A stretch of 64,000 bases of DNA from contig NGBS01000886.1 of the NCBI GenBank assembly GCA_002245135.1, positions 62,001 through 126,000 on the forward strand, read 5' to 3'. Every line of letters starts with the position of its first letter. Within the stretch, counting starts at the first letter, position 1. Positions 1-14,179 of this stretch are shown piece after piece. The translations under genes were made by a program, and so were the position numbers. The stretch is from Proteromonas lacertae. Taxonomy: Eukaryota. The notes below the pieces were generated by a model. It saw nothing but the letters and a program-made list of their open reading frames with translations. It did no database searches and had not been told where the DNA came from.

Positions 1-1215
1 TTATTCTTAATAATTAGTTATGGCTATAAATTATCAGCACATGGTGTGGATAATGAGAATGAGAATATTGAAAGTAATATAACAAATCTATACTCAGTGT
101 ATATTGGGCAAGGAACATATGTTGCATCGGTTTTTTATGATCCAAGGATATCGAAAATAGTGATTAATACTCCAAGATTACAACCAAATGTTCCAAATAT
201 TCCTTGTATGTTAATATATTCTACAGGATATACTCAAAATTGTGTAGTTTATGAAGAAAATAATACTGACATTTATATAACAGAAAGATTTCTTTTAATC
301 AACATAACTTCAGACATCCCATCATATGTTCAATTAAATAATCATAACTTTACAATATATCCTTACTACAAGCAGAAAGTGAAATATAAACTTACAGTTT
401 GCATTTGTAAAATGGTAAATTTTACAGCTGTAAATAGATTAATTCAAACCATTGAAGCATATATTCTATTTGGTGTTGACCATTTTACATTATACAAATC
501 ATCATGTTCTGAAGATGTAGAAAAAGTATTAAAATATTATGAAAATAAGAAAATAATAGAAGTTATAACTTGGGATAATAATTCAGATATTTCATTATTT
601 AAAGATTCAATTTATGGACAAATCTACAAATTATATGATTGTACTTATAGACACCAATATGATAGTGAAAATTTAGTGATTACTGATTTGGATGAGATTA
701 TATGGCCAATGAAAGGAAATACAATTAATGAAATGATGAAATATATAAGTGGTAGTGAAGAATTTGATGTTTTCTATCTTAGGCAAAGATTCTATCATCA
801 AGAATGGTTAGAAATGTTTGATCGATTTGTTCATAATATATCTGATACAGATCAATTCTTTTATCAAGAATACTGTGAATATAGATCTGGTCATTTACAG
901 AAACAAATTTATAATCCAAGAAGAATTATTTATCCTTCATTACATTATATAAAAATGGGAGTGAAAGGTATGAAAGCCAAGTATGTTGTGTTGGAAGATG
1001 GTTATACAAGACATACTAGGAGAATTAGAAAGAGCCATCTATATGGTTGTGAAAGTAAATGGATTATTTCTCAACATGATCCAAGAGAAACTGTAATTCA
1101 ACAAAAAGTGACAGAAGTGGAAAATAAATTGAATATACATCCAATTCTTAACACTCAAAGAATAATTTTTGGGAATAATCCAAAATATTTATATTCAGAG
1201 AAAAATTCTTTATAA
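1..1215 (+). CDS. Glycosyltransferase family 92 (DUF23)-like protein, 5' end outside window
   Basis: Frame is open from base 1. Motifs LTVCI..., 'IEAYILFGVDHFTLY', 'YGQIYKLYDC', DxDE ('TDLDEIIWP') and a C-terminal 'RHTR' match the GT92 pattern. Confidence 0.8.
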   Translation, partial: LFLIISYGYKLSAHGVDNENENIESNITNLYSVYIGQGTYVASVFYDPRISKIVINTPRLQPNVPNIPCMLIYSTGYTQNCVVYEENNTDIYITERFLLINITSDIPSYVQLNNHNFTIYPYYKQKVKYKLTVCICKMVNFTAVNRLIQTIEAYILFGVDHFTLYKSSCSEDVEKVLKYYENKKIIEVITWDNNSDISLFKDSIYGQIYKLYDCTYRHQYDSENLVITDLDEIIWPMKGNTINEMMKYISGSEEFDVFYLRQRFYHQEWLEMFDRFVHNISDTDQFFYQEYCEYRSGHLQKQIYNPRRIIYPSLHYIKMGVKGMKAKYVVLEDGYTRHTRRIRKSHLYGCESKWIISQHDPRETVIQQKVTEVENKLNIHPILNTQRIIFGNNPKYLYSEKNSL

Positions 1216-1351
1216 ATTTAAGACATATCATTTGTATACATCTAGTTAGATTTAGTTAAGCTGTGTTAATTGATATATTTGTATTTTTTGAAACTGTTCG
1301 GTTCAGAAAAATCGGTTTTCTGTATATCATTTCTTTTTTTTCAAACGAAGA

Positions 1352-2166
1352 ATGTCTGATTCAAAGAACAAAATTTATATTGGCAATTTACCGAGTGATG
1401 TTAGTAAAGATGATATAGACAATTTATTTGAAAAAGTATTTTTGTTTACGTGTAATTTTGAATATAGTATGGAAGAATACAAAATATAGATATAAGACAA
1501 TCCTCTAGTGGATCAGCATATTGTTTTATTACATATGAACACTCAGATGATGCTGAAGAAGCAATAGATCGAAGAGATGGTTATAACTACGATGGTCACA
1601 GATTAAAGGTCGAAAAAATAAATGAAAGACGTACTTTTGATCGTGATGCATACACTTCAGCAGGTGATAGACGTTTTAATAAAGGAACTGTTCATCCAAC
1701 AAAGACTAGATATCGTGTAAAAGTAGAAAATTTACCTCCACACACTAGTTGGCAAGATTTGAAGGATTTCATGAGAAAAACTGGTGATGTTGGATTTTGT
1801 AATGTAACTCGTGATGTAGGTATTGTAGATTATTTAGATGAAGACGGAATGATGAGAGCCATTGATGAATTACATGATACTAAGTTTAGAGATAAAACAA
1901 GAATCAGAATCCAAAGAGAAACTGTTAATTCTGATGATGAATTAGGAGTGATAAGAATTCCAAAAAGACGAAGGTATAGAAGTGATTCAAGAAGTCGTAG
2001 TAGAAGTAGAAGTAGAAATCGAAGTTATAGCAGAAGCAGAAGTCGATCAAGAAGACATAGTCATAAATCTCATTCTAGACCAAAACCAATGAGTAGTAGA
2101 GGAAGATCTTATTCTAGAAGTCCAATTAGAACAAGATCTCCAATCAGATCTCGCTCTAGATCTTGA
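1352..2166 (+). CDS. SRSF1: SR splicing factor, SRSF1/ASF-SF2-like (RRM + pseudo-RRM + RS domain)
   Basis: ATG 1352; RNP2 'IYIGNLP'; 32-nt intron 1436-1467; 'RDGYNYDGHRLKVE'; diagnostic 'SWQDLKD'; RS tail. Confidence 0.9.
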
Positions 2167-2356
2167 GAGAATAGTATTAGGTAATAAATAAGTAAAAATG
2201 GTTTATGATTTGGATTATTTTATTGGATAAAAGAGTGGATATATTAAATTTTGCAAATTTTGCTGTTAGTATAGTATGTTATTAACAAAACACCATTGAA
2301 ATGGGTGTGTGAAAATAATAATCTTTTCTTCTCTTTTGTTTTTTGAATGATTTTAG

Positions 2357-4303
2357 ATGACATCAGCATATCAGATCGTTTGTTCTAACATATTCTTAAC
2401 TGGAAAAACGCCTTTTAGAAGTAGTCAGCCTTATAAGGTATAATTAACTAAATATACACTAGATCACTTTTTTTATAAGACTACCTGATTATAATGTCCT
2501 TACTATATATACTACTCCATTTGTTCCTCAATTGATGTATGCAGGAGAGAAGAATGACTGGTATTATAACACAACTCACGGTGGAGCGAGAAATTTCAAC
2601 ATTGACGATAAATTACTCAATAAATGCCAATTGATAATCAAAATAGAATATTCATCAAACGGTATTATGATCATTTTATGTTTTTCTTTTCATTATAGAG
2701 CCTATAATTCATGAAACTGAGTTAATAGACATAGCAAATACATCTCAAAGACAATACCAGTATTATCATCACACATCCATATCGTATATTTATAATTTCA
2801 TTGAATAGTATAATGTTTTCATGTTTAGTTGGATCTTTGCAACATGTGAAAATAGAATTCTCCCAATTCCATTTTCTATTTCCTGATAAAGCTCATAGTT
2901 ATGGTGATTATTTCATTGATTTACATATAAAATCACAGTATAATTATAATAATTATTATTATCAACTTATATATATTTATATATTTAATAGTGATGATTT
3001 TAAAGTAGATATTGCCTACAAAACTGAATTAGAACAATCTGTAGAAGATCTGTCCAGAGTAAGTAGTTCAATGATGCATAATAATAGTGATGATGATAAT
3101 AACAATGATGATAATGATAATGATAATAATGACGATAGAGCATCAGGAGTTGAACCAATGAAATTAGAGTATCTCATAGGCTCACTATTACCAAGAGCAG
3201 AAACAACCCGTGCACCATCAACTAATGCACCTGTAATATTAGAATGGAAGACAAATCCAAAAGATCCGTTGATTGTTAATTTTGATTGTTATGAAGGTTG
3301 TTTATCAAGGTTTTATTTGAATTTCACAATTTGTAAAAAACAAGTTTCTGAATTATTTCCACCTGTTGAAATATGTCACGGTTCTTTGACATTATCTGAT
3401 GGAAGAATTAATGTTTTATTTGAAGCTAAAACTATAATGTATTTTACTAAATTTGATTATACAGATTTATCAGTATATATATATATATATATTATAATAA
3501 GTATTAATATAAATTGATTAGTTTAAAATGAAAATATGTAATTATAAAAGACTTCAACCAAGAGGGAATGAAACATTATACAAAATGATATTAACAAAAC
3601 TACCAGACAACAGAGGTGCATTTGATATGTTTATATCCAAGAAACCAAAGCAATGTAAAGGATTTCACGACTATTTTAAAAATTTAAAAAGATTATATAT
3701 AGCAAGTAAGAAAGATAAAGTGAAATATAGCGAAGAGGAATGTATTGAAAATTTGTGTGAATTATTAGAAGATAGACATTTTCAAGTATTTATTAATTTA
3801 CTATATATAATAGAAACCTCATTTGATATATCGATATACCAATTTAACTGATTTAGTAGAATTTAGTTTAGAGTTATTATCACTATGGAACTTCGTATTG
3901 GATAGATTATTAGAAAGTGATATTGATTTTGAAATGTATAATGATTTATTACAACATATATTACTTCGTTATGAATTAGTAGTGATTTATAAAGGAATGG
4001 AACATAGAAAGAATGATAAATTTTATGCATCAATAAAAGAATCGATTGAAGTAACAACAAGGCATTCATTGGGATTTATTGACAAGTATTTGTACATTAA
4101 AGAAACATCTAAAGTGTTTTCCAATTATATAAAAGTCTTATTAAAAAGACAAAACAGTGCATTGCTATTATTATCGTTCTTATATTTCCATTTTGTTGAA
4201 ATTCGTACAGCTATTTCTGAAGCTATTAATCCATACAGAGATTATACTCAACATGATTCACATACTGATTTTATTGATGCTCCAAATATGCCAACTTATT
4301 TTG

Positions 4304-4339
<36 letters not shown>

Positions 4340-5340
4340 TCAAAACTAATAAAACCAATAAATTAGGTGATAAGTATTATTCATCATCAAAACAACATAC
4401 ATATCCTCAATTAGAAGGTGTAAAATTTGAAGATTTATCATCCATTCAAGTGTCTACCAATGTGTTAGATAAAATTGAAGATACTTTTAAAGATAGAGGA
4501 GAAGTGTTTTATACATTCGGTAAATATTATTTTGAAATAATTTTAGAAAGATTATATACTGATTCAATGGAAGTAGATTTTACTACAATTCCTGGATTTT
4601 TAACTTTAGGATCTGCTTTATGTTATGATATAAAAGAGTGTTATAAATATGATGAAAAATCTAACTTATGGGATGTTGTCAGTTATTTCTCAATATCACC
4701 TCCATTTTTATCTCATATTTTATCTATTTTTTATGATTCATGTAATGCTCAATTTGGAGCATCTGTAAAGGATACAAGTGATAGTTTGTATAATGTTATG
4801 GACTATTTTCATGCTGTTTATACTCAATTCTTTCATTGTCATCATCAAATACAATATACTGTTCCATTAGATTCATTTGTATTAAGACATTCTGTTCATA
4901 GTTATATGATTGTTAAGCAAATATCAAATTTTATTAATTCTGAAAGAGTTCATAAATCAATATTAGGATTAGTGTTTATCAATACATTTTGGGAATATTT
5001 TGATATTAATATTGAAGTACATACGATAAAGACAATTTTACAGCATTTTACATTTTTGACAAGTCATTACAATTCATTAGTACAACAGTTATTAATTTAT
5101 TTTATTCAAATGATTCAAAGAGATCAATCACCAGAAATATTTAAAGATTTGAAAGAATATAATGAATTGATTTCAAAATATAACAATTTTAACCCCAAAA
5201 CTCTATCTAGATCATTATCAAGTCAAGAAGAGAGATTTGTGGTTAGAAAATCTGTTGAGTTTAGTAGTTTGAATGATGTATGGACGATTAAGACTGTTAA
5301 TATCAATGAAGAACAATTGCTTAAGTTCCATGATTATTAA
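2357..5340 (+). CDS. Multi-exon uncharacterised protein (possible C2-like beta-rich N-terminus, helical C-terminus)
   Basis: ATG 2357 and a 25-nt intron at 2438-2462. ORFs 2532, 2801, 3528 and 3823 are separated by short GTAT..AG introns. No family recognised with confidence. Confidence 0.55.
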
Positions 5341-5471
5341 CATATTTTCATTATATATCTTATGTATTTAATATTGTTTATTTTTTTGTGTAAAAATATC
5401 GTGTATATTGTTCTGTAATTAATTGTGTTTAAAAATTATATGAAACGGATATATTTTGAAATAATTTCAAA

Positions 5472-7285
5472 ATGGAATTTCTACATGAAAGTAAAATTAA
5501 AACAGCATTATCACCTGATTGTGAAGTATTTTAATTGAATTATATTGAATGGATAAAAGAAAGAGTAGAAAGGAGCGAAAGTGAAATAGATTTAGTTGTT
5601 CAACATAAAGAAGATATTTATATGATGAAAATAATAAATATAGATGAAGTAAAAGAAAAGATGAAATTAAGATTCTATGAGTACCAGTCATTCTTGTCAG
5701 TTTATTGTACAAGCATTATTTACCCTTCTAAAGCATTTCAGATGAGTGGTGATTGCGAATGTTTAGTAATATCAAGGAAATATTTTATGAGTGATTTAGA
5801 AGAGTTGATTTGTGATAAATCCTTATCAAGAAATTGTATTTGTGATATAATAGTTTCATTATGTAATATATTGATGATATTGAATGAATATGGTATAATG
5901 GTTGGTAATTTGAAGAGTAGTAATATAATATATGGAGAAAAAAATGATGAAATAAAGTTATGTGATTTATTCTTGAATGAATTGAGAAAAGATGAAGATG
6001 TTTGTTTTAAAAGACCAGAAGAGATAAATGGATATGAATGTAATAATAAAAGTGTAATTTGGTCAATTGGATGTATATTATATGAGATGATAAACAAGAA
6101 ATTACCATTCATTGAAGATGATAATATCAATGAAACAAAAGTGAATATACTGAGATGTAAATACAGTTTAGATGTAGAATGTGATGAAGTAATGAAAGAG
6201 ATGATAAATAGAATGTTAAAAGTGAATACTGAAGATAGAATTAGTTTAAAAGAGTTGAAAAAGGTAATGATTAAGACAAATGAAATAAAAAGAGATGATG
6301 AGAATAATCTCATGATAGTAAAAGAAAGAAAAGAGATAATATTTAATAGTGATTATTTAGTAGAAATATCACCATTTGATGTTATATCAGATTATTATCT
6401 TCAGAATAATAAATGGAATATTGTTAGAGATAGATTGATCGAGATATACAATCACAAACCAGATGAAAGAATACTGTCATTGTTATTGATGATAAACTTA
6501 TACAAAAGAGATAATTCAATTCAAGATAGATTGAAATTTCAAGTTGATCACGAATGCAAAGATGAAAAAGAATGTCATTTAGATGAAAAGATATTTAATA
6601 TTGGTATTGATTATAAAAGTATGTTAATTATACCGAAATGTTTGTGTATCTGTGAAGTAGGAATGAATTATTTCTATAGAATAATGAGACAAGTCAATCA
6701 GACTGAAATAAAGTTTAGTGCAATTGATTTTATTGTTCTGCTTCAAGCTCAATCATTATTTGGATCATGTTTTTCTCAATTAATAAATCTTCAAGAAATA
6801 GATTTTTCAGAATGTCATCTTACTTATCATTTCATCAAATCATTTGTAAAATCAATTCCATTTATGAAATTGAAATATGTGTATTTGAAATGTATATATA
6901 TCATAATTTCATTATGTCATTTTTTATAACTAATCCAGTTGGCTCAAAAGGTTTCAAATTAATACTTCCATATTTGCATTTACTAATCAACAAATGTAAT
7001 GAATTGATTATTACAAAAATGGATTTAGATGATGAATCAATGATACTATTATCATCAGAATTATATAAATATCCAACTTTGAGAGTAACAGATATTAGAG
7101 GGAATAATTCTATACATATAATTGGATTAAAAGCCTTATTGTCTAAATCAATATTTTTAAAAATCTACTATGACTTTAGCGAGAGTAAAAAAGAGTTATT
7201 GATTGACAAAGACATTCCATCATTAATTAGATCTACAATATACAGCTATGAAGAAAGAAATTTCAAAACAAATCTTGAATATTGA
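5472..7285 (+). CDS. Degenerate protein kinase (pseudokinase, NEK-like C-lobe) followed by leucine-rich repeats
   Basis: 'VGNLKSSNII', 'IKLCDLFL', 'RPEE' and 'IWSIGCILYEM' are kinase subdomains with HRD/DFG altered. RI-like LRRs ('LQEIDFSECHL', 'LRVTDIRGNN'). 5' exon junction unresolved. Confidence 0.65.
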
Positions 7286-7657
7286 ATAATTGCATTCACT
7301 CTATTAACCAATTTGATCTATTGGTTTTGTTTGAAAAGACAAAAGGGGTGTTCTTTTACTATCACTGTGATTTTAATAAAATGATAGCTACACAAATAAA
7401 ATATATAACTACACCTAATCAAGATAAACAAATAAAAGTAAAAATAGTAGCATAAATGCAATATCAATATAAAACACCTAATTCACGATATCATCCTCTA
7501 TTCTAGCCCATACTTCATGTTACATAAACTATATATCATGTTCATTCATCTAAACCTTTTGAATTAGCATAATAACACGTCTAATATACTTTTATAGTTT
7601 CAAAAAATATATCTGTTTCTTCATTTTTTTTTCGTTTTTTTTTGATTTGTGTTTGGA

Positions 7658-10600
7658 ATGATGAATAGGGTTAAAACTACAAGGAGATCTTCTATGTTTA
7701 ATCATTCGATGATGTTTAATGTTGTAAATAATAATATTAGCAATTTTTACCCTCATGTCTCTGATTGTATTGTAAGAAACAGTATGAGATATGAGAATCC
7801 TTTAGAAATGACTGAAGTACAAATACCCATACGAGCTTGTGTTTTATTCGCTGATATTAGTGGTTTTAGTACTTTAGCTGAAACATTAGCAAATAACAAT
7901 AATAAACTATTAGCAGCTGAAAGATTATCTGAATATATGGAACAGAGTCTTGATATTATTATCAAGCAAATATATGATCGTGGAGGTGATGTTATTAAAT
8001 TTGCAGGTATTAAATAAATGAAATAATTTATATTAATGTAATAGGTGATGCTGTACTTGCTGTATTTCCTGTAGATCTGTATTCTAGTGAAGATGAGTGT
8101 GTTCATGTGTGTTGTGAAGTTGCATTAGGTTTATTAAAGCCATTAACTGTAGGTAAAGGTACAACAGATGAATTATCTTCAGGAAATAGTAATATCCTCT
8201 CATCTACTTCGAATACAGGCAGTAATAATCAAAACAATATGACGAGCAATAGTTTAACAGCCACATCTACTTTAACACAAAAACTAAAAGAAATAAGAAG
8301 TAATGGAAATCTAAAATTGTTATTAGAAGGTGAAAATAACTCAAATTTAATAAATAATTTAACAATAAAATCAGTCGATGGAATCCAACTACAGAATCAA
8401 CAAAACAACACAAACCTCTCCAACAACAACAACAACAACAACAGTAATAGTCAATTACAGAATAATCAAAACAATAATCAATCAAACAACAGCAACAATC
8501 AAATGCAAAACAGTCAAGACAAACCAATTGATAAAGTTACTTTACAAGTCCACTGTGGTTTAGGTTTTGGTGATGTAACTGGATTTAATGTTGGTGGTGT
8601 AGATGGGCGATGGGAATTCTTCATAGCAGGTGAACCATTAGCTCAATTATCATCAGCAGAACATGAAGCAGAAAAAGGACAAGCTGTTGTTTCACCTGAA
8701 GTGTTTAAAATGGTAAGGAAACATATAATTGATTATAGTGAATTACCAAGTGGTAATGTCCATATTAAATCAATACAATCTTGTACTTGCCAAATGCCCA
8801 ATCGACATAATAGAATCTGTGATATGATTAGTATAGAGAATAGAGCAAGAGTAATTGAAATATTGAAACAATATATCCCAACACCCTGTTTAAAGGGAAT
8901 GTATGATGGTGAGAAGTGGGGTAACGAAATGAGAACAATAACAACTCTATTTATTAACTTAAGAGGTGTTAATTTCAATGGTGAACATGCTTTAGAGAAT
9001 GTACAAACAATTGTAAGTGAAGTAGAAAGTGGATTATTAAGAGTGGAAGGTATATTGTGTAGATTTAGTGTTGATGATAAAGGAACAGTGATATTATGTG
9101 CATTTGGATTACCACTATTTCAACATGAAAATGATCCATTAAGAGCAATTCAATTTAGTTTAGATTTACGTAAAAGAATGACTGCTTTAGGTATTGAAAG
9201 TAGTATTGGTATATCATATGGACCTGCCTTCTGTGGTATGGTAGGTGGAAAAATACGATGTGAATATACAGTACATGGGACTAATGTGAATTTAGCTGCA
9301 AGATGTATGGTTGCAGCTAAAGGAATTGGTATTTTAGTGGAAGAGAATGTGTATAATCATGTAAAGAAACAAGTTGTTTGGGGAGAATCTATCTCAAAAG
9401 TTGTGAAAGGATTTGCAAAACCCAAAATATTATATTCAGTAAAAGGAATGTCTATGAGATTTATATTTCAAAAAGATGAAGAAGATATGGAAGGAAGACA
9501 AGAAGAAATGAGAAGATTAAAAGGATATTTAGATAGATTATGTTCATCACCTCCTGTAGGTGGAAGTATATTAATTCAAGGACCAGCTGGTTATGGTAAA
9601 ACAGCTTTAACTTATGCCTTTGCCAATATGTGTGCAAATGATACAAGTGATGTTTGTATTAATGTATTTTGGAGTGTAGCAAGTGAGACAAGTCATGCTT
9701 CACCGTTTCATATGTGGGCTGGTATATTTAGTCATATTTTCCAATTGGATTATACTGATACACCTGAAGAACAGTTGAATAAAATAAGAGAAATGGTACC
9801 TGAAAATCAACAAGAGAATATTCCATTATTTAAGACATTATTCCCCTCTTTAGGTGGTAAAGCAACAGTAGAAGGTGTATCTGCAGAAAATAAAGGTTAT
9901 TTACTACAGGAATTATTATTCGATACATTAAAGAATGCAATAGATAATTTAATGTCTGATAATGCTGGTGCAACATTTAAGAAGTTAAGAAGAGCAGGAA
10001 GTGTAGTAGATCCTGATAAAGAAAGTAACAGTGAATATGATCCAACGAATGTAAGAATTGTATTGGTATTAGAAGATATACATTGGGCTGATGCTGGTTC
10101 ATTAAACTTCTTGACAAGATGTATGACTGATTTAGAAAATGTGTTATTCTATTTATCTGGAAGACCATGTAGTACAGGTGAAGTGTATTATCCATTTACA
10201 CCATTGATTAATGAAACATTAAAATTAATGCCATTGGAAAGATGCCATATTGAAGAAATGATTAAGAAAAGTGAAAATTGTGCAAAAGTGATTGATAGTT
10301 TGACTGATTTCTTATATGAAAAGAGTAATGGTAATCCACTTTATGCTAGAGAACTATTAAATCTATTAAAAAACACACAAGCCATGAGTACTAAAGAAGA
10401 AGGAGGTATAAAAGTATGTAAAATGGAAGTAAATCCAGAAGATGTGGATGTTCCAGATGGTATTCATGCATTGATGATTGCTAAGTTAGATGGAATGCCA
10501 CCAAATGTTCAGTTAATAGTAAAAGTAGCAAGTGTATTAGGTACAAGATTTAGTAGAGATAAAATAGTCAATATTGCAATGAAAAGTACCTCTTTTACTG

Positions 10601-12420
10601 AGAAAGATATTTACTCATTTTTAACTGAATTAGAAGCACAGAAAGTTATTCAATTTAGTGGTGATAATGGTTTTCCTGAATATGTGTTTTTATCAAGTTT
10701 ATTTAGAGAAGCAGTTTATAATAATTTAACACAAAAAACGAGAAAGAAAATACACAATGATATAGCTACTTATATTGAAATGACTTATGAAGATTATTTA
10801 GAACCTTATTTACACGAATTAGCAATGCATTGTGAAAAGGCAGATAGAATAGATGATGCATTTAATTATTTACACAAAGCTGGTTATCATTTTATGGAGA
10901 TTAGGTTGTATAGAGATGCGATAGATGAATTTGAAAAGTTATTGAAAATGGCTGATATTGTTGCATGTCAACATCGATATGACTTGGCTCGAATTCATGT
11001 GTTATTAGGTAAAGCATATTTAAATATTGAAGAATTAGAACCAGCAGATAGTAATTTCCTATTAGCTTTAGGTTTATTAAACTATGAACCACCAACAGAT
11101 ACATGTCATGTTTTATGTGATACATTTCGACTATCTCATAAACCAATCATTAAGATACATCCTGATGATTTATTATATATCCAAGATCATGAGAAGTATC
11201 TATCAGAAAAGAAGACAAAAACAATCGATTTCTCACCAGGTTCAGATCAAGAAGAGAATGAACAAGATAAAGATAAAGAAGACTTTGTCAATCCAGTATT
11301 ACTAGCAGCACAAGCTTATGAATCATTAATAACAGTATGTGATTTAGTTGATTTTAAACATGGTTTACATATACGATTATGTGCTTATGCATTAGCTTCA
11401 TATCAGAAGTGTAGTCCTGAATTTGCAAGAGCAGTGATTCATTTAGCTGAGTTATATTCAAAAGATAAAAAGACAAGAGAAAAAGCATTTATAATGATGG
11501 AACAAGCTTTAGATATATTAAAACATTTGAATCATGCTGAAACGAAGATAGTAATTGAATATAAAAGTGCATTAATGTGTATGGGTATTTGTAAAATACA
11601 AAGAGCGTTAGAGTTATTAAACAAAGCCAATTGGATAAGTGATTTCTTACGTCATGACCGTTGGTTAATTGATTGTACAATATTGAATTCAACGTACTTA
11701 ATATGGTCTGGAGATATTGACAGAGCTTGTGGTGATGTTGAATCATTAAAAAGTTTCATTTCTGATCCATTACAATACTTACGATTCTTTTTGAATATCA
11801 TTTTGGGTAGAGCTTTTGATATTGATAAATTATATCATTCAGAAGATAATAAATCACAACAATTAGAGGAACAATTCCCTAATCTAGGATATCCATTAGC
11901 TTATGGTGCTATTTATGCATATACTTCGTTGGAACAGACAGATGTAGCTTATGGATCAGCATTTGATACTTTGAACAAAATATTGGTGTTTATGAAAGAA
12001 AAAGATATATTGTCGTTTATTGAGACTATCTATGTTTGGTTGTTGTTTTATGAATGGTGGAAGTGCAGTGTTGATTGTCTACTAGAAGATCCTGTTTATA
12101 ACAAACAATGCGTAAGTATTGGCAAGAAGTGCTTGGATTTGATTGAGAGATATTCGAAGTGTTTTCCATTCTGTTTACCTATGTATTGTATATGTGCATG
12201 TATATATAATCGAGTAATTGGGAATAAGAAAGCTGCTGTGAAATTCTTGAGTTATTATGAAGATAGTAAGAAAGTTACACAATTCCCTATACTTGAGTGT
12301 ATGGCTTTGTGTGAAAAAGTTCATTTTTCAACAGATAGTGATATTCAACATCAGTGTATAGAACAAGCAACAGCTATATATGAAGAAAGTCACATTCATT
12401 CAATTATCCCATTTCATTGA
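7658..12420 (+). CDS. ADCY10: Soluble adenylyl cyclase (ADCY10/sAC-like): two class III cyclase domains + STAND P-loop NTPase + TPR-like repeats
   Basis: 'FADISGF'; 'KFAG|DA' split by a 38-nt intron 8007-8044; 'VDDKG'; 'VNLAAR'; Walker A 'GPAGYGKT'; Walker B 'LVLEDIHWAD'; 'SNGNPLYA'. Confidence 0.9.
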
Positions 12421-12759
12421 AAAAGCTGGTACTTCCAGTAATAACACTTATGAATAACTAATGATTGAAAATAAAATATTTATTGTTTAATATATATATA
12501 TGTATGTATTTAATTGAATATGTGTGTTGTTTACTTCTTCTAAATGACAAGAAATTTATAAATGAAGGTCAAATGTCAATACAAACAAAAAGATTCCCTG
12601 ATTTTGTAGAATTAAACAATTGCATAATTGCATACACGGTTTAATAGTGCTGAATCTTCAAGAAATGAATTAAAAAACTGATTTACAAATAACATAGGTA
12701 TATTGTTCAACGAAAACCTTCGTTTTTTAAAATTTTCACATTTTGTTTTTATTGATAAT

Positions 12760-13928
12760 ATGAGAAGATTTGTATAATTTTAATAGCATTATATTGAAAT
12801 AGACTTTACTCTTTGTTAGCGTTGTGATTTTTGCTCTTGCTACTGCTTCAGTTCAAAAGAATTTGAGATTCTTAGGAAGAGAATGAGAGAGAGTTAGATC
12901 CTAATTCATCTGAACCTGATGGAGGTGATGGTTCAACTGCAACAACAACACCAGCTCCTAGTGAAACTACACCTCCAGGTCCATCAGATGGTACAACTAC
13001 ACCAGAATCAACCGAAGGTACAACAACAGAACCTACAACAACATCTTCTAAAGGAAGTGAAGAAACTTCACCATCAGCAACTGGAGGAACTGGATCTGAA
13101 GGTCCATCAGGTGATGTAATTCCAGATATTCCAAGTGGTAAATTTGACTGTTATTTTAATAAGAATGAATATCCAAAATTTAATAAAGATAATACCAAAT
13201 TTGTAGTTTCTAAAATTATGTGTAACATTCCTGATAAAGTTGATGAAGGAACAACACCAGAAGCTACAACTACACCAGATTCAAAAAGAGTATTAGAAGA
13301 TAGTCCAAAAGTAACAATTGGTGATAAAACATCTGAAGTTTGTGAATTCGCTCATTTACAAGATAAAGATTATTTATACACTTGTACTTTTGCTGATGCT
13401 AAAAAACCAGAAGTAGCATCATCAACAGTTGAAGTAGTAAGTGATTTATATCCAGATAATAAAACTACAGTCGATCTAGGATGTAGATTAGGAAATAATA
13501 TGACAATTGTTGGAGGTATATCCACTGGTAGTTGCCCATCTGGTATATTTGAAACAAGTGAAAGTGGTTTGATGGTAAATGTGAATTTCAATTAATTGAT
13601 AGTGGTAGAAAACAAGTTATTAGATATGACTTCTATTATGAAGATGAATCAACATATACTGGCTGTAATTGTACAGAGAAATGGAATGGAGGTGTAGAAG
13701 GTAATTCACCCAAAACAATTGAAAGTGAAAATAGAACAATAGGTGTGATTGTAAATGACTTTCAGCCATGTAAAGATGGTAAAAAAATGCCAATTGAATG
13801 TACTGTAAATGGTTGGCAAAAACTCTATCAAGAAGAAAGTGGATGTGTATGGGATAATGGAGCAATTTCCTTCAACAGTTTCCTCAGTCTTACTTATTTT
13901 AGCAGTAGTATTTTCAATTGTTTTTTAA
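12760..13928 (+). CDS. Predicted GPI-anchored mucin-like Cys-rich surface protein, copy 1 (three frameshifts in this sequence)
   Basis: MRRF, intron 12772-12802, signal peptide, 'KNLRFL..ERELD', S/T/P-rich tract, 12 Cys, 'WDNGAISSTVSSVLLILAVVFSIVF*'. Aligns to copy 2 only after indels near 12875, 13570 and 13871. Confidence 0.75.
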
Positions 13929-14102
13929 TTGATAATATTTTATTTAGTATCTCTTTGTTGTATAATTAAAAATAATAACAAATGAATGATTGAGTTAAGT
14001 AATTTGACTTTATTCTTATTTATTCAGGTTATGTATTAACATGATATAAATATTACATCAAATATCCATTTAAAACCAATAAAACTGCTTTTATTATCGT
14101 TA

Positions 14103-14160
14103 TTTTTGAATTTTCGTTTTTCATTTAACCGTTTCATTTTCGTTATAAAATTCATTTTTT
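14103..14160 (+). promoter_or_regulatory. Conserved upstream block shared with surface-protein copy 3
   Basis: TTTTTGAATTT.CGTT...CGTTTCATT.TCGTTATAAAATTCATTTTTT lies about 20 nt before the ATG and is near-identical to 15529-15585. Confidence 0.6.
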
Positions 14161-14179
14161 AAACTATTTTTCTAAATTC

